From Blasia pusilla (taxonomy: Eukaryota): a stretch of DNA of 64,000 nucleotides. The notes beneath the pieces were generated by a model that saw only the letters and a program-made list of their open reading frames with translations, was not told the DNA's origin and made no database searches. This document shows positions 1 through 12,639 of this stretch, piece by piece. The position numbers and the translations under genes were made by a program. Numbering within the stretch: position 1 is the first letter of the stretch; every line of letters starts with the position of its first letter. The stretch covers positions 16,120,001-16,184,000 of the forward strand of contig CM114271.1 in assembly GCA_050084515.1 (NCBI GenBank), given 5' to 3'.

Positions 1-2528
1 TTCTGCACGGTGGACCTTGGAGCAGGCACTAGTGGCAGCAAAAGAAGGTTTTTTGATCCTAAATTCTGTTGGATCATTCTCATTGATCAATTACAATTTT
101 ACCCTAGAATGAATGCACAATGTAGGGTGTTCTGAACTTGAAGCAACCCACACTTTCAACTAAGTCTTCTGTTACTGTGTCAAGACTATCCATGCACAGC
201 GAATATTGAGTTGTGTGGTTGGTGGGCAGCTTTAGTCGATGGATGGGCACTGTCAAAAGACACTTTAGAAGAAAGGATTGACTTTTTACTATGCTCTAGT
301 AACTATGTGTGTGGCTAATTTGAGATCAACGTTGGTGTATTCGATAAAAAATGTTAACTTGATTTGTTTAAAGTCACAAAGCCTAACTTGTTAAGCTAGA
401 GAAGTTGGCTTTCAGGGTATTAGTTTCTCAAGCCAGTTTATGAAGTGTGTTCTAAACGTTTATGTCAGTCAGTACACCATTTGGCAAGTGCTTGAATCAG
501 TGTTGGTTGTGAGCAGAGGGGTTGAGGACGGAGGGCACCCCCCATGCATGCTTAGAGGAGAACAATACATAGGACCTTGCAGCTGACATCAAGAAAGTTC
601 TGGAGCATCTAGGCATTGAAAAATGGCAGATCAGAAGAGTACTCTCATATGTACAGCTTGTCTTTTGATATTGTGGATAGACATAGCAACTCCAACTTCA
701 TCTTAGCGAGCTGAGGTGAAGTTGTTATGGTCTTTTTTTGTGCGGCAACTTCTTATGTGCTCAATTCACTCCCTGACTCATAATATTTGTGTAGGTGTTT
801 GGAGGCTCTTGAGGTAGCACCTTGGCTTTGGCATACGCTCAGTGGTATCCTAACTAACTGACTATATTCTACAACCAAACCTAGCTTGCTTCGCGAGGAT
901 GTATGGTTTCTTGGAGCTGGTGCTATTCATCAAATAAATCTTCCAACTTGATACCCTTTGGAGAAGTTACCTATGTTCTTGAGCGAATCTGTGGATTGTT
1001 TCATGGACTCTGCAAATCTGCAATGTGAGGAGCTCTTTATACTTTTTGATGGCTAGTCTATGTCTGACTGATTTGGCTCCAGGGATGTAGTAGATAGAGC
1101 AGGCTTAAAAGTCACTCCATTGCAGCACAGCATGAAGTGCATGTTTGCTCTATCCCTGTGAGTTAGCCGCACTTTGTGATAGGGATGATGTAAATTTTTT
1201 GGGGTTCCTTTTGTAGGTATGAGGAATCGTCCTTTGTGGTGTCTTTCTTTTGAGGAAGAAAGAGATTGACTGGTTTTACCAGTGTGGTGCGTCATTGATT
1301 TTCGTACACGGCGAGTCTCATCTACTTCTGGCTTTGTTCTTAATAAATTAATGGTTTTTTTCCTGAACTTTGGAGTACTCCTTTGCACAGAAGTGGTACA
1401 GTCAATCGGATTGAATGAAGTACAATCAATGATCCTACCATCCATGGAGGAACCAAATCCAAAAGGACCAGAGCAATATCCAAACCCACAAAGAGACAAC
1501 TTCAGAGTTTCTAAAACCTGTCGCCATACAAAAGACCTGGTGATTTAGTATTTTCATCTTTTTGAATTATTCAAGAGGATTTGGCTGCTAGAGCTGTGCA
1601 CACTGGTTGATTCTTTGCTGCATGGCACCTGATTGAGCATACTTGTTCTTAGGTAAAGGGGGTGCAGCTCGGGAACCTTATCCAGATCATAGACCTGAAG
1701 AAGAATGCCATGACTTCTTGTCTGCATATAGTCGGCGGCTAAGAAGCAGTGATCTTGCTGCCAGGTCAATCATTTTGTGAACCTTTCTATGCATGGTAGC
1801 AGTATATTGCTGCAGTGCTGGTTACCAGGTTCTTTAACTTTGTTGTTTGGAATTGATAAAATGCAGATTTTTCTGCGGTTACAGCCAGAAGTTGTGACTC
1901 TTTACAAGTCTTAAGTTGTTGAGCTAAACTTCATGATTGCTACTCTTGGGTGTATTGACCCTTAGGGTTTCTTGGTTAGCAGCAGCAAAGGACTGGACAG
2001 ATTAGGAGTTGGCAACTTTGTACCTTGTACCAAATAAGGAGTCCTTAAGGCGGGCTGAAAATGGTAAGTTCGCACTGGTAATCACCTCTGGATTAAGTCA
2101 GTTCAATTTAATGGCATTTCTTTATTCAGATGAATATATAAGTCTTCTGCCTCACTGCATAGTTGTCTCCCAGTATGTAAGACAATCTAGAAGCATTGCT
2201 CTTAATCTCACTAAATTGAAGCTCACTCCATTTTGTGAGTAGATTGGGAATGTTTCTCTTTAAACCTTTCCTTGGGCTTCTTCCAAGACAGTCCGATCTG
2301 TGGGTATTCTAGTTTGGATGAAGAGATACACTTATACTTGAAGGATAATGATTCTAAGTGCACTTCTTTATGGGGGTTAAAGACATGTAGAGTTGAGTTA
2401 GAGTGTAATTAGGGGCCCATGTCAGGGTCGCCCCTCTGAGTGAAATAGCTTGCTCCAGTGTTGATACCTCTCTGGGTGGGTTGAAAAAAGAACAGAGAAT
2501 GTAACCTCACACCAGTCACTCTGCTACC

Positions 2529-2737
2529 CATCCACTGAAACTTGCTTCAGCCCTGCTAATGTATAATATTTGCAGAGATTGCACATTCTTCCACAAGCCT
2601 CCAGCCACACATATATCAAATCCATGAGGCTCAATGTGTGGTAGGGAGTCGCCTTCTGTGAACCAAAGCCAGTGAAACATGAGAAAATTCTACTGTGATA
2701 TAGGAAATCCACTAAGCTTCAAAATTGAAGGCGCTGG
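2529..2737. repeat. Copy 1 of a ~210-230 bp diverged direct duplication (copy 2 at 3324-3555)
   Basis: Both loci read catccactga...cagccctgctaat...gattgcacattc...atccatgaggctcaatgtgtggtag...cttctgtgaaccaaagcca...agcttcaaaattgaaggc. Confidence 0.85.
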
Positions 2738-3323
2738 TTCCAACTGAACTTTGCTTTGAGACATCTCCCGGCAGTTATAACTTCCAGGAGCCTCAGTATC
2801 CTTAATGCTTAACCTTGCATTTTTCTGATACAATCCTGGGAGAGTTGTATTCCCGTCCGCTGGACTTTTATTATCTCTGAGGTGTTCTATTGCAAAAAAA
2901 CTTGGACTGCTAACCAGGTTAAGACGACACATGGTAGGAACATCACTTGAAACTGGTGCTAATGTGAATCCCTGCCAACCACAACCTCCTTCTCTGCCAC
3001 AGCAAAAGTTTGATGGATGCTGTAAGTTGTTCAGAATTTCCTGCGTAACTCCTATCAGAAGTTGAGCAAGAGTGTGATTATTCTCATCAGTAGAAGAACT
3101 CCGTGCAGAACCTTCTACTTAAGGATTTTGCATAACAACTGCATCTTCATAATACATGCGAATTGTATTGTTGGACAAAATGTCTGAAATGCTTACGGTC
3201 AGAGCTTCCAACCATGTCAAGACTGCCCAACTGAGTGAAATAGCTTGTACCAGTGTTGATAGCTTTCGGCTGGGCTGAGAAAAAAGATAGAGTTGTAACC
3301 TCAGATCAATCAATCTATTATCT

Positions 3324-3555
3324 CATCCACTGAGACTCACAGCAGCCCTGCTAATCTATTCCATTTGGATAGATTGCACATTCTCCCAAGAGCCTCCAGC
3401 TACACACATAACATCCATGAGGCTCAATGTGTGGTAGTTCATACCGTTTTGAGGTGTGGTAGTTGAGTCGGCTTCTGTGAACCAAAGCCACTAAAACATA
3501 AGAGAATTCTGCTGTCGTATAGGAAAACTAGTCAGCTTCAAAATTGAAGGCACTG
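3324..3555. repeat. Copy 2 of the direct duplication; its right end abuts the Hsp70 fragment
   Basis: Same motifs as 2529-2737 plus a small internal duplication of gtgtggtagtt. Confidence 0.85.
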
Positions 3556-4410
3556 CGAAGATTGTCTGGAGGATGCACATATCACCGCAAAGGAGGTTGA
3601 GGAAGTGTTGTTGGTGGGAGGAATGACCCGTATGCCAAAGGTGCAACAGGTTGTAGCCACCGTCTTTGGGAAGGGTCCAACTAAGGGAGTGTACCCAGAT
3701 GAGGTGGTTGCAATAGGTGCTGCCATTCAGGGTGGTGTGCTGAGAGGTGATGTGAAGGGCATCCTCCCGCTGGATGTTACTCCTTTGTCACTGGGTATTG
3801 AAACTCTGGGTGGAGTTTTCACAAGACTTATCAATGGGAACACCACCATTTCCACAAAGAAAGTCAAGTATTCTCAACCGCAGCAGATGCCCAAACACAG
3901 GTTGGAGTCAAAGTTCTACAAGGAGAGCGTGAACTGGCCAATGACAATAAGATGTTGGGTCAGTTCGACCTTGTTGGTATTCCACCTGCTCCCCGAGGGG
4001 TGCCACAAATTGAGGTTAGCTTGACTGGGCAGAGACATTGACGCCAATGGAATTGTGAATGTCTCTGCCCGAGACAAGGCAACAGACAAAGAGCAAGCCA
4101 TCACTATCCAGTCATGAGGAGGTCTATCTGAAGCAGAAATCCAGAAGATGGTTAAGGATGCTGAAAGTTATGCCCCAAAGGTTCAAGAAAGGAAACAGCT
4201 GATTGATACCAGGAATGATGCAGAGACTTTCCTCTATTCAATAGAGAAAAGCTTGACCGAGTACAAAGACAAGTTACGTCAAGATATGGTGGATGCAGTC
4301 CAAACTGCAGTAGCTGACTTGAAGAAGGCAGTTGAGTCTGAAGACGTCAGTGAAATCCACAGAAGATCAATGCTGCAAAGACTGCATCTATGAAAATTGG
4401 TGAATCTCTT
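3553..4410 (+). pseudogene. HSP70: Mitochondrial-type Hsp70 (DnaK-like) C-terminal fragment, disabled
   Basis: Translates across frames as [15 protein letters not shown]...[21 protein letters not shown]...[21 protein letters not shown] / [22 protein letters not shown]...[20 protein letters not shown] / [16 protein letters not shown]...GGLSEAEIQKMVKDAE...MKIGESL. Frameshifts near 3862, 4025 and 4360; stop near 4116. Most of the ATPase domain is missing and no introns are visible. Confidence 0.93.
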
Positions 4411-6412
4411 TTCTCTGCTCTGGTGTGCATCTGTTTATTTATCTGGATGTATATACTGTTGTTAGATGATTACCTTACAACAAAGCTTGAGGTTATACAT
4501 AGTTCAATTTCAAGAATGGACCAGTTCTCAAACTCCATCTAGTTTCCAAAAAATAGTTTGTTGTTGGACTTGTATATACAATTCCATGGTTTTCTTGCAT
4601 GAATATATCTCACCACTCAAAACTAAATCTGCTGCCATGAGCCAGATGATGTGTCTCTGTTCAGGCTTTGCATGCTTAGACCATTATATAGTGTGATGCA
4701 ATGATGTGTTGTAACGTATAGAAGGATGCTGTTCTAGAGGACTTTGATGGCAGCGATTACCGCACACCAGTTGCAGGCATCTCTGTTCTTGGTGGTAGAT
4801 GTTACAAACAACAATGCTGGCACAAAAACAATTTGCACGCATCAGACGTTGGTGGCCCAGCATGTTCTACTGATACTGTCCCAGCCTTCTTGTTTGATGC
4901 AGTCCTAAAGAACATTGAGGTTGTGCAAGGTCAGCTGGTCCATGCTGAGGAGCGTAACAACATTTTGAGAGAAGTAATGGAATATGAACGCAAAGATGAC
5001 GGCCATCCAGTGGACAAATCATACGTGTACATCAGCAGCTAAGAGAGATTTCTGCAGATCTACGTGTGCTTAGTCAACACTGTGTACATCAATATCCTGA
5101 TGACAGAGTGTCTAGAACTCGGGAAAAAAGTTGTATGACAATCGACTAATCCTTGGCTGACAACCAAGCGAGGGCAATCATTTGTGAATGCATTAATTTT
5201 ATGCCCCATGTATATCAGAATTCAGGTACATAAACAACTACAAGAGAAGAGAAGGGTTGTGATGGGGAGCAGTACTGTGGCCGACACCAAGTCTCTGCTT
5301 ACGTCCTTGTTCAAGTGTTGCAAAGTGGATGATGTTTGTGTTAGTTCCATGTGGCTCACACCCTAAATGAATTGGGCGGCACGTTTTTCTAAGTTCAAGG
5401 GATGGTCTATGTCAAGAGGGTTGGCTTTTTGACCTTGTAGAGTCGTATGACCTTATTCAAACTTGGTTGCTCAGATAGCTAGAAGACAAACCGAAGAGTA
5501 ATATACCAGGCTTCCTATCCTTGAGAAGTTCAAAGGTGTTCTGTTCACCTCCTTAAGGTCACAAGCTTATTCAAGATTTACAAGAAATGTGGGAATAACT
5601 TGGATCCTTCTTCACTTTGGTTGTGGAAGCACCTGATCTACTTAGTTGTTTGAAAAACTACAATGTATGCTCTCTAGCAAAAGGTCCCCCAACCGATTGG
5701 CAATTTGAGTATTGCAATTAGACCGGGGCATTGGTCGTTCGATTGAATGCATCCGAAATTGCAAGTTATGACGAGATCTTCAGAGTAGGGAATCCCATGT
5801 GATGTGCGTAACCATAGAAGCTTGCTTCACTCACACCATCCCACATGTTCAATCCACTCTTTTTGAATACACCTAATTGACCTCCTTAATTTCATAAAAA
5901 AATTATTGTAAAGAGCTGAACTTCAACAACTAGGAGTTCAATTTTGTTAGCTAACAACATTGCACACAAATACAATGGTAATCAGTGTAGCCTTGCTAAT
6001 TTTATCACACAACCAACTTCTGAAAAAATGCTTATACATGTTGCCTTCAAAGTCGTGTCCAATGATTCTAACAAAGGCCAACTAACTTTCAAATCATTGA
6101 CAAAACATTGTTCGTTTCTACTCACGACCAGCAGGCACATGACAAAACTTAGAGTCTAAGCTTCGGCAGCAAATAAGGAGTTCACAATATTGGTTGCATA
6201 CTAATATACACCAAGCATAATAATTCAACCCAATGGTAGAGGGCCGCATTCTTGTTAATAACTTTATTGAAAGCCAGTATGTCAATAAGGGTATCCACTC
6301 TAAAAAAATCTCCCTTATAATAAAAAACCCCATTGAACTTATTGCAGAAATCCATGAAAGAAATCCTTGTTCAATATATTTCATGCTTAGGCATTCACAT
6401 TAAATCCACCTT

Positions 6413-7137
6413 TGTCGTACCAATAGACATCGTTGCCAACATACAACAGTTGTCATGCATACAAGTTTAAGATCCGTTTAACTATGAATCCTAACATATC
6501 TACACATGAATAATTGGACAATCCCAATATAAAGTTGATATGGAATGTCAAATCTGACGAAACCTGCAATCAGCTACGCTTCATGGAAACATCCACTCAA
6601 TGATACACACTACGGTAATAGTAGGAGAAAGTCTGAAATATACTCTCAATGTGTGTTATCTCCGATCAATCCTAGCCCATTCTCCAAAAGAGAGTCGAGG
6701 CTCAATACATGCAAGTTGCACTATATCACGGATCCTAACATGAGTTTGATCCAAAGGAAGTTGAGCTCTAAATGAGATTCATCCGAGGTATATCCCCCTT
6801 GGGCACCTCTATGGGTGACATGTATACACAAGTAACCTCCTCCTAGCAAATCACTAATGACCTGGAGTATACAAGGTACTAACTCTCTAACAACTACACA
6901 TGTGATACTCTCATGAGACCAACTTCCAACTAACCCTCGACCCTATAGGCCCAAGTGGCTCTCCACAAGGATGGGAGGGTCAACCTCTCCAAGGTTGTCA
7001 CTCCTCATAAAAGAAGGATTATCTACACTTGTAGGTCACCTCCTAGGAGTAGATCACATATAACCTCTCAAATAGGGAAGTACAAGAACCCTCTAAGGTC
7101 TCGATACTAACTCGCCCTACGTTTCATCTACCATGAC
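6413..7137 (-). mobile_element. Solo A'-B' terminal-repeat unit of the sister retroelement family
   Basis: ~6511-7137 aligns with 60846-61467 (A') and 6413-6510 aligns with 61470-61572 (B'). On the minus strand it ends ...gtacgACA. Confidence 0.85.
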
Positions 7138-7631
7138 GTCTTTTAGGATTGATCAGAGAGATCTACTAGAGCGCCTTCGCAAGTAGTGGAGGACAGGCTC
7201 AAGAGCTCGAGGATAACCTGCAGAGGCCTCGGGAAACCTGAGAGAGCAGGTTTCCCCTTCGTTTCATTTGGAGCCATATTGAGGAACTTACTATTTTAGA
7301 TAAGTACCATTTTGAGTATATGGTCAACTTTCTATTTTGGAAGTGACCCTTGATCTCCTACATTAGGTCAAGAGCCAAGGAGGTGACTTGGGAGCATAGG
7401 TTACCATGGAGAGAGCTTGGGAGAGGGGAGGGGTATACCTCAAGGAGAGAGAGTTTGAGAGTTCATTCTCTCTTTGTTGACACAAAGCGGCAGAGCTATG
7501 GTCCCTTGCCTTGTGAGTGCAACCCAAGGCTCTCATTAGGAGAGTGGCTTTGGTTTGACATTGAGAGAGACATGTGAGAGTGCACACATGTGAGAGCTAT
7601 GGTATTGTGAGAGAGATTTCACCTTATTTTA
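7136..7631 (+). repeat. Terminal repeat A1 (~500 bp); first bases TGTC lost at the junction with the sister-family unit
   Basis: acgtcttttagga...gagagatttcaccttatttta matches 18038-18547, 61900-62410 and, inverted, 14355-14864. Confidence 0.9.
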
Positions 7632-9029
7632 CAAAGAGATAATGAGAGGGTGAGAGAGCTTTATGGGGGAGCTCGCTGGTTGCATGATGTTTGGTGCAGG
7701 TTGGGGATAGTGTTCCTTGCTTCATGACTCATGGGAGTGCTCACGGGAGCAATAGCTGCGTTGTTTTGACGTTTGTGTGCCGATTTTTTGTGTGTGAGTG
7801 GCGCGGGATAGCGCTGCCCAATTTCTCATAGGGATTGATTATGGGGGCGGAATGCCCCATGCCATTGCTCTCCGTAGCACCATGTAGCTTGCTGATTTGT
7901 ATTTTCACAAGTTTTACATTTTTGTTGGGAGAAATCAGCGCGGAACTGTTTCCAAAATTTCTGTAGGAGAAGAGACGTTGGGATTTACAACAGTCCCTGT
8001 CAAATTTTATTGGAAGGTCTGCAAAATATTTTGACGATGTCATAGATCATGAAGTTGTGCACGATGTGCAATAGATGGTGCACAATTTGGAGCTGCGAGA
8101 AAAAAGTTATGGTCGATTTTGCAAAATTTCCATTGTTAGGCAATTTTTAGGGTAAGAATTGTTCAAACCCTAAACCAGCTTCCGCGCCGCCGCCTTCAAC
8201 GGTTCACCATCAACGGTAAAACCTTAGCGTTGATAGCCCACCGTCATCGGCAACGGTCCATCGTCGCCCTCCGCCGTCGACCGTCAACCACACTTCAAAG
8301 CCGCGTTCGGCCGTTGGTTGCCATTGCCACCATTACGGAGTGGACGGTCTTCCGCGACAACCGTTGATTCTCTCACTTGCGCTGCCACCACGTACTTTGT
8401 TGTGGCCGGCACCGTCATTGTAGTTTCGTCATCAACCAATGATGGCAGGTGACCTCGGGTTATGGTGTTTGAGTTTTAATTTCATTCCGCTATGTTGTGA
8501 TTGGTAGCCGCTCGACGACGATCGAGTACGACTTGTTGATTGGAGGATTTTCCTTCACGATTGAGTTGGGGTCAAGATTTGCAGTTGCCGAGGAGCGACA
8601 GTGACATTATTGTCAGGTTACCCATTCTGGTCTCTTACCCTACACGTGTGAGGGATTTCCAGGTATTGGGAAGTTATTTGGGATATTGGGTTTCGTGCAG
8701 ATGTTGAGAGCATCGATGATGTATGGGTTTAGGGGACATAGACCTGTATAGGATATCCAGAGTTGAGGATGGTTTTTCGATGAGAGGATAGATCAGTTGA
8801 TTTGCCAGACCACGCCGCTTGTTACCGCATAGCACACATCTCAATAAGAGAGTATAGATTGAGTGCCGCATGTTTAGTTTGAGTGATTGAGGGATTACTC
8901 GCAAGATTGAGAGTAATCGTATGAGAGGGGCACGAGGGTCATCACCTTTGGAGATTTTGAGAGGCAAGGTAGTGGACCTGAGAGTAGCTCTGGAGGATTT
9001 ACCCGGAGTGGTGCGAGTTTTTGAGGGTC

Positions 9030-10250
9030 TCTATGTGAGAGACCACCTCGATCTCCTTCTGTGTCGTCTTCAGACAAGGGGAAGCATGTAGAGGAGAGTG
9101 TTGGTGATCCACCGTACACATTGAGTGGTCCTACCAGTTGGGCGTACAAGATGGACGACCCCGGTAGAGGACTGCGTAGGTTTTCGGGTGGTGTAGGCAC
9201 TATAGAGCTACACGACTTCATTGTGGAGTGAAGGAGTTGGTGTGACTCACAACGGGCTAGGTGTGGCTCACAACGGGCTAGGAACTCTAGAGAGTTAAAC
9301 CCGTTTACAGCATGGAATGGTATGTTCCAGCATTTAGAGGGGGCGTCGATGGACGATTACCATGAGTTCTTCCACAGATATGCCCAAGAGATTGAGGCAT
9401 GGCGACTCTACCATGACCCACACTATGTGTCATGGACGGAGCGGTTCCCAGATGAGGAGGAGGAGTCAGGAGAGGCTACTTCCTCTTCCAATAGTGATGG
9501 TTTAGGAGGGGTCACTCACACTTGAGCAGTTGCACCATCTAATTGGGTTCGTCCCAAGTTCAACCCCTTGGTTGAGTTCTTCGCTGAGTTGAGGGCGAGC
9601 TACCAGGGGGTACGGACGGAGAAGTTGCGGTAAGAGAGGTGCTCGGGTGAGAGTCTGTGTGAGGCTTATACTCGCTTGTGTCGGTTGATCAACGTCACTC
9701 AGGGGGTGACAGAGGCCCAGGCTATCCAGACATGGTACGCAATGCTGGATCGGACCCTGCGGAGATGGGTGCGGGAGGAGATGCTTCTTATGAACACCTC
9801 CCCTATGTTGAGAGATGTTTTTAGGACCGCCGAGAACACTGAGCCCAACATGGCGGAGGAGAGCATAGCCACCACGGGTTTTGGGCGAGAGCAATCACGA
9901 TTGCCTGCACAACCAATGCAGCAACGTAGACTCCGAGATAGGTCGACTGTGGCACCACAAGGTCAGGGAGGATACCAAGAGGCCGAGCCACAGAGACCTG
10001 CGCCTTCATATGCGGCTCAGCAGCAGTTGCCTACGATTACTTGTTGGTAATGTGATGGAGCCCATCATCAGCGTGATTGCACTCGTTAGGGTCATGGACG
10101 TGTGCTTCAGCATAGAGGAGGTAGAGTCCCACCACCTAGATGTGTTGAGGGAGATGTCGGGCATGAGGCTGGGATGGTTGCTCAGATACAACAGCTATAG
10201 AAGCAGATTGCCGCTATGGCATTGAGGTTATCCGATGCCGGATCCATGGC
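9030..10250 (+). pseudogene. gag-like region of the retroelement (approximate bounds)
   Basis: Long interrupted reading frame upstream of the protease. Zinc-knuckle-like CW*CDGAHHQRDC (CX2CX3HX4C) at ~10042-10080. Confidence 0.7.
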
Positions 10251-10332
10251 ATCGACATCATAGTGAGCAGCCAGAGATATAGAGGATCCTGGTTGGATGT
10301 GCGGGGTTGCCTAGATCGAGGCCGCTGCAGTT

Positions 10333-11265
10333 TTGACACATGGAGCAGTTGTAGAGTTGGATCCACATCATGGGGAAGCCAGGAGAAAGACGAGGCTTCC
10401 TCAGTCTTTCACGTTGTCCGAGGCGATGAGGATCCCATTGATGGGCCCTTATCAAAGTTCCCGGAGAGTTGTTGATGTTATTGGTGTGGAGGCACGCAGG
10501 GCGATGGGAGAAACGAGTGCGATGACTCTTATTGTTGATGCTCATGAGGAGTATGTATCGAGTACTATGTTGGGGGCGGCCACGATGGTGTATCGTGCTC
10601 CGCTATTTTTTGCTTCCGATGTTATGACATTGGGAGGTACGCCCGCCAAGGTGTTTCGACTGGCTGCTACTCTATGTGAGCGTGGAGTTGGAGTTCCTGC
10701 ATCACGTTCAGAGGTGATTGTAGAGGAGGTGATGGACCTTCCCTTGAAGCAGATGCTCGGGCCGTCCATGTCAAATTCATGGCAAGTTGTGGCTGCTATG
10801 ATGGCGGAGATGCCGGCTAGACCCACGATAGAGCGTGCCATGGCTTCTCCTGGTGTTGTGTTGCTGGATAATCATGGAGATGTCTTCCAGTTGGTGAGTC
10901 TTGGAGGTACAGCTTTTAGTCCGCAATGCCTCTTGTTGGATTCAGGAGCGCAACCCCTAATCTTGGGAAAAGCGTCATTCAGAGGATTGGGCTTGAAGAG
11001 AGCCAATATGGAGCGTTGTCCATTCCGGATACAGACATCCTTAGATGGAGCGAGTGCCACACAATATATCACCCGACATGAGGTCGTGGTGAGGATTCGC
11101 CCAGGACATCCTATAGATGAGTCTGTGGTGCGAGCCAAGGTGATAGTGATTGATGCAGAGTCCTACGACGTCTTTGTTGGTGGAGTAGTGTTATACCCAA
11201 TGGGGTTTTCTGTGGAATTATTGGGAGGAGTCATTGTCCTACAGACCAGGATGGCAGTCTGGTGA
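10333..11265 (+). pseudogene. pol N-terminal part containing a retropepsin-type aspartic protease
   Basis: LLLDSGAQPLILGK (DSG at 10939-10947) and downstream YDVFVGGVVLYPMGF. Confidence 0.85.
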
Positions 11266-11333
11266 TGGACGCCTTAGCTCATTACCCATTCTATTTACAT
11301 GTGCAGTGATCGAGCGACGGCCATGAGAGATGG

Positions 11334-12361
11334 TGTCACGACCCCCGTAACCAAACAACACCAAATACACGCCAAGCGGAACATCAGAACTCAAGTGGAC
11401 TCACGCTGCAATGATCGCGCTTTGGAGAGGCTTTTGGAAAGGTCTCTTGGAAAAGTCCAAGAGACGAAACGCGAAACAGAGTTGTGCATTTCATGTGTTA
11501 GTGGTCGCGACCAGGAAGCCTAGACCAACACGAGCCAAGACTTGAGATGAGTTGAGTCTTGGAAGGTTGGTTGCCAAATAGGTGAGAACCAGTTTTGGAA
11601 CACGACTAGCGTTTGGGGAATTTGACTATGTTTTGGACCATAATGTTTAGCTTCAAGATGCATTTGGGATAAATAAGAGCGTGTTAGAAATTTTATCTGA
11701 AGACGCTTCCAACGCACCAAAGATCTTAGCAAACGCATAAGTACAAATTGAGATATTGGCCGAAAACAACTATGAGAGCAATCGGGTTGAGGGCCAATTG
11801 GAGAGGCCCGGATGTCTTTCCCTAAATGTAGGGAACCTCGGAGATCCCTAGAAGTACTTGTAAGGGAGAAGTCTCTCCAAGATGTCTTGGAACACGAATC
11901 CCCACTTTGAGCACCAAACGGCGTCTCAAAGGTATGGGATGGAACGGGAGTTTGGCGTTGGAACTCGAAACCCAAACCCGATCCAAGGGAGTGGACTTTG
12001 TACGCCATACTTGGATTCCGACCGGAGATTCGCTTTGTGCGAGTCTTGGTTAGGGACTCATTAGATGTCAATCGGACAGTTGGAACCGCCAGGTACGAAA
12101 CGCGTTTGAGGTTCTTGAACCGACCAGAAAGTCTGTCCGAAGTCTTTCGAGACTTGCCTATGTTGTAAACCCCGAAACTAGGAAGGTTGAGCTTCATGAG
12201 AGACAGAGATGAGAACTCGAAAAGTTAGCCCATTGATTGATCCAAGACCCAACTAACCAGAGCGCGTGTTTGGATGCAGATCAGCATTGAGAGCATGATC
12301 TAGTGAACGCACGCTTCCGCAACAACAAAGATTGACACTCAAAGAGAGTAGGCACATGATA
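11334..12361. mobile_element. Solo LTR (1028 bp) of another family, nested in pol
   Basis: Ends TGTCA...TGATA; flanked by an exact 5-bp TSD GATGG (11329-11333 and 12362-12366). The host pol frame resumes after it. Confidence 0.9.
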
Positions 12362-12639
12362 GATGGCGACCTTAGCAGCATTTAGCAGTGCCATCACTTG
12401 GTCTAGTGATTTGATTGAGGGATATTTCCATACAAAGGATACGCCGGTTCTTGACATTTCTATGGAGAGGAGAGTCATGGTCGCCGCATCAGTCCGTGGA
12501 GGAGAGGTGCTGATTTGGGGCTCGATTGAGGAGCTTCGACGCTTAGCTATTGAGCATGTGTAGACCGCGTAGAGCGTGACGTGTCAGAAGAACCCGAGGT
12601 AGTCGAGAGTGCTATGATGACGCCCTTGGACATCACACC

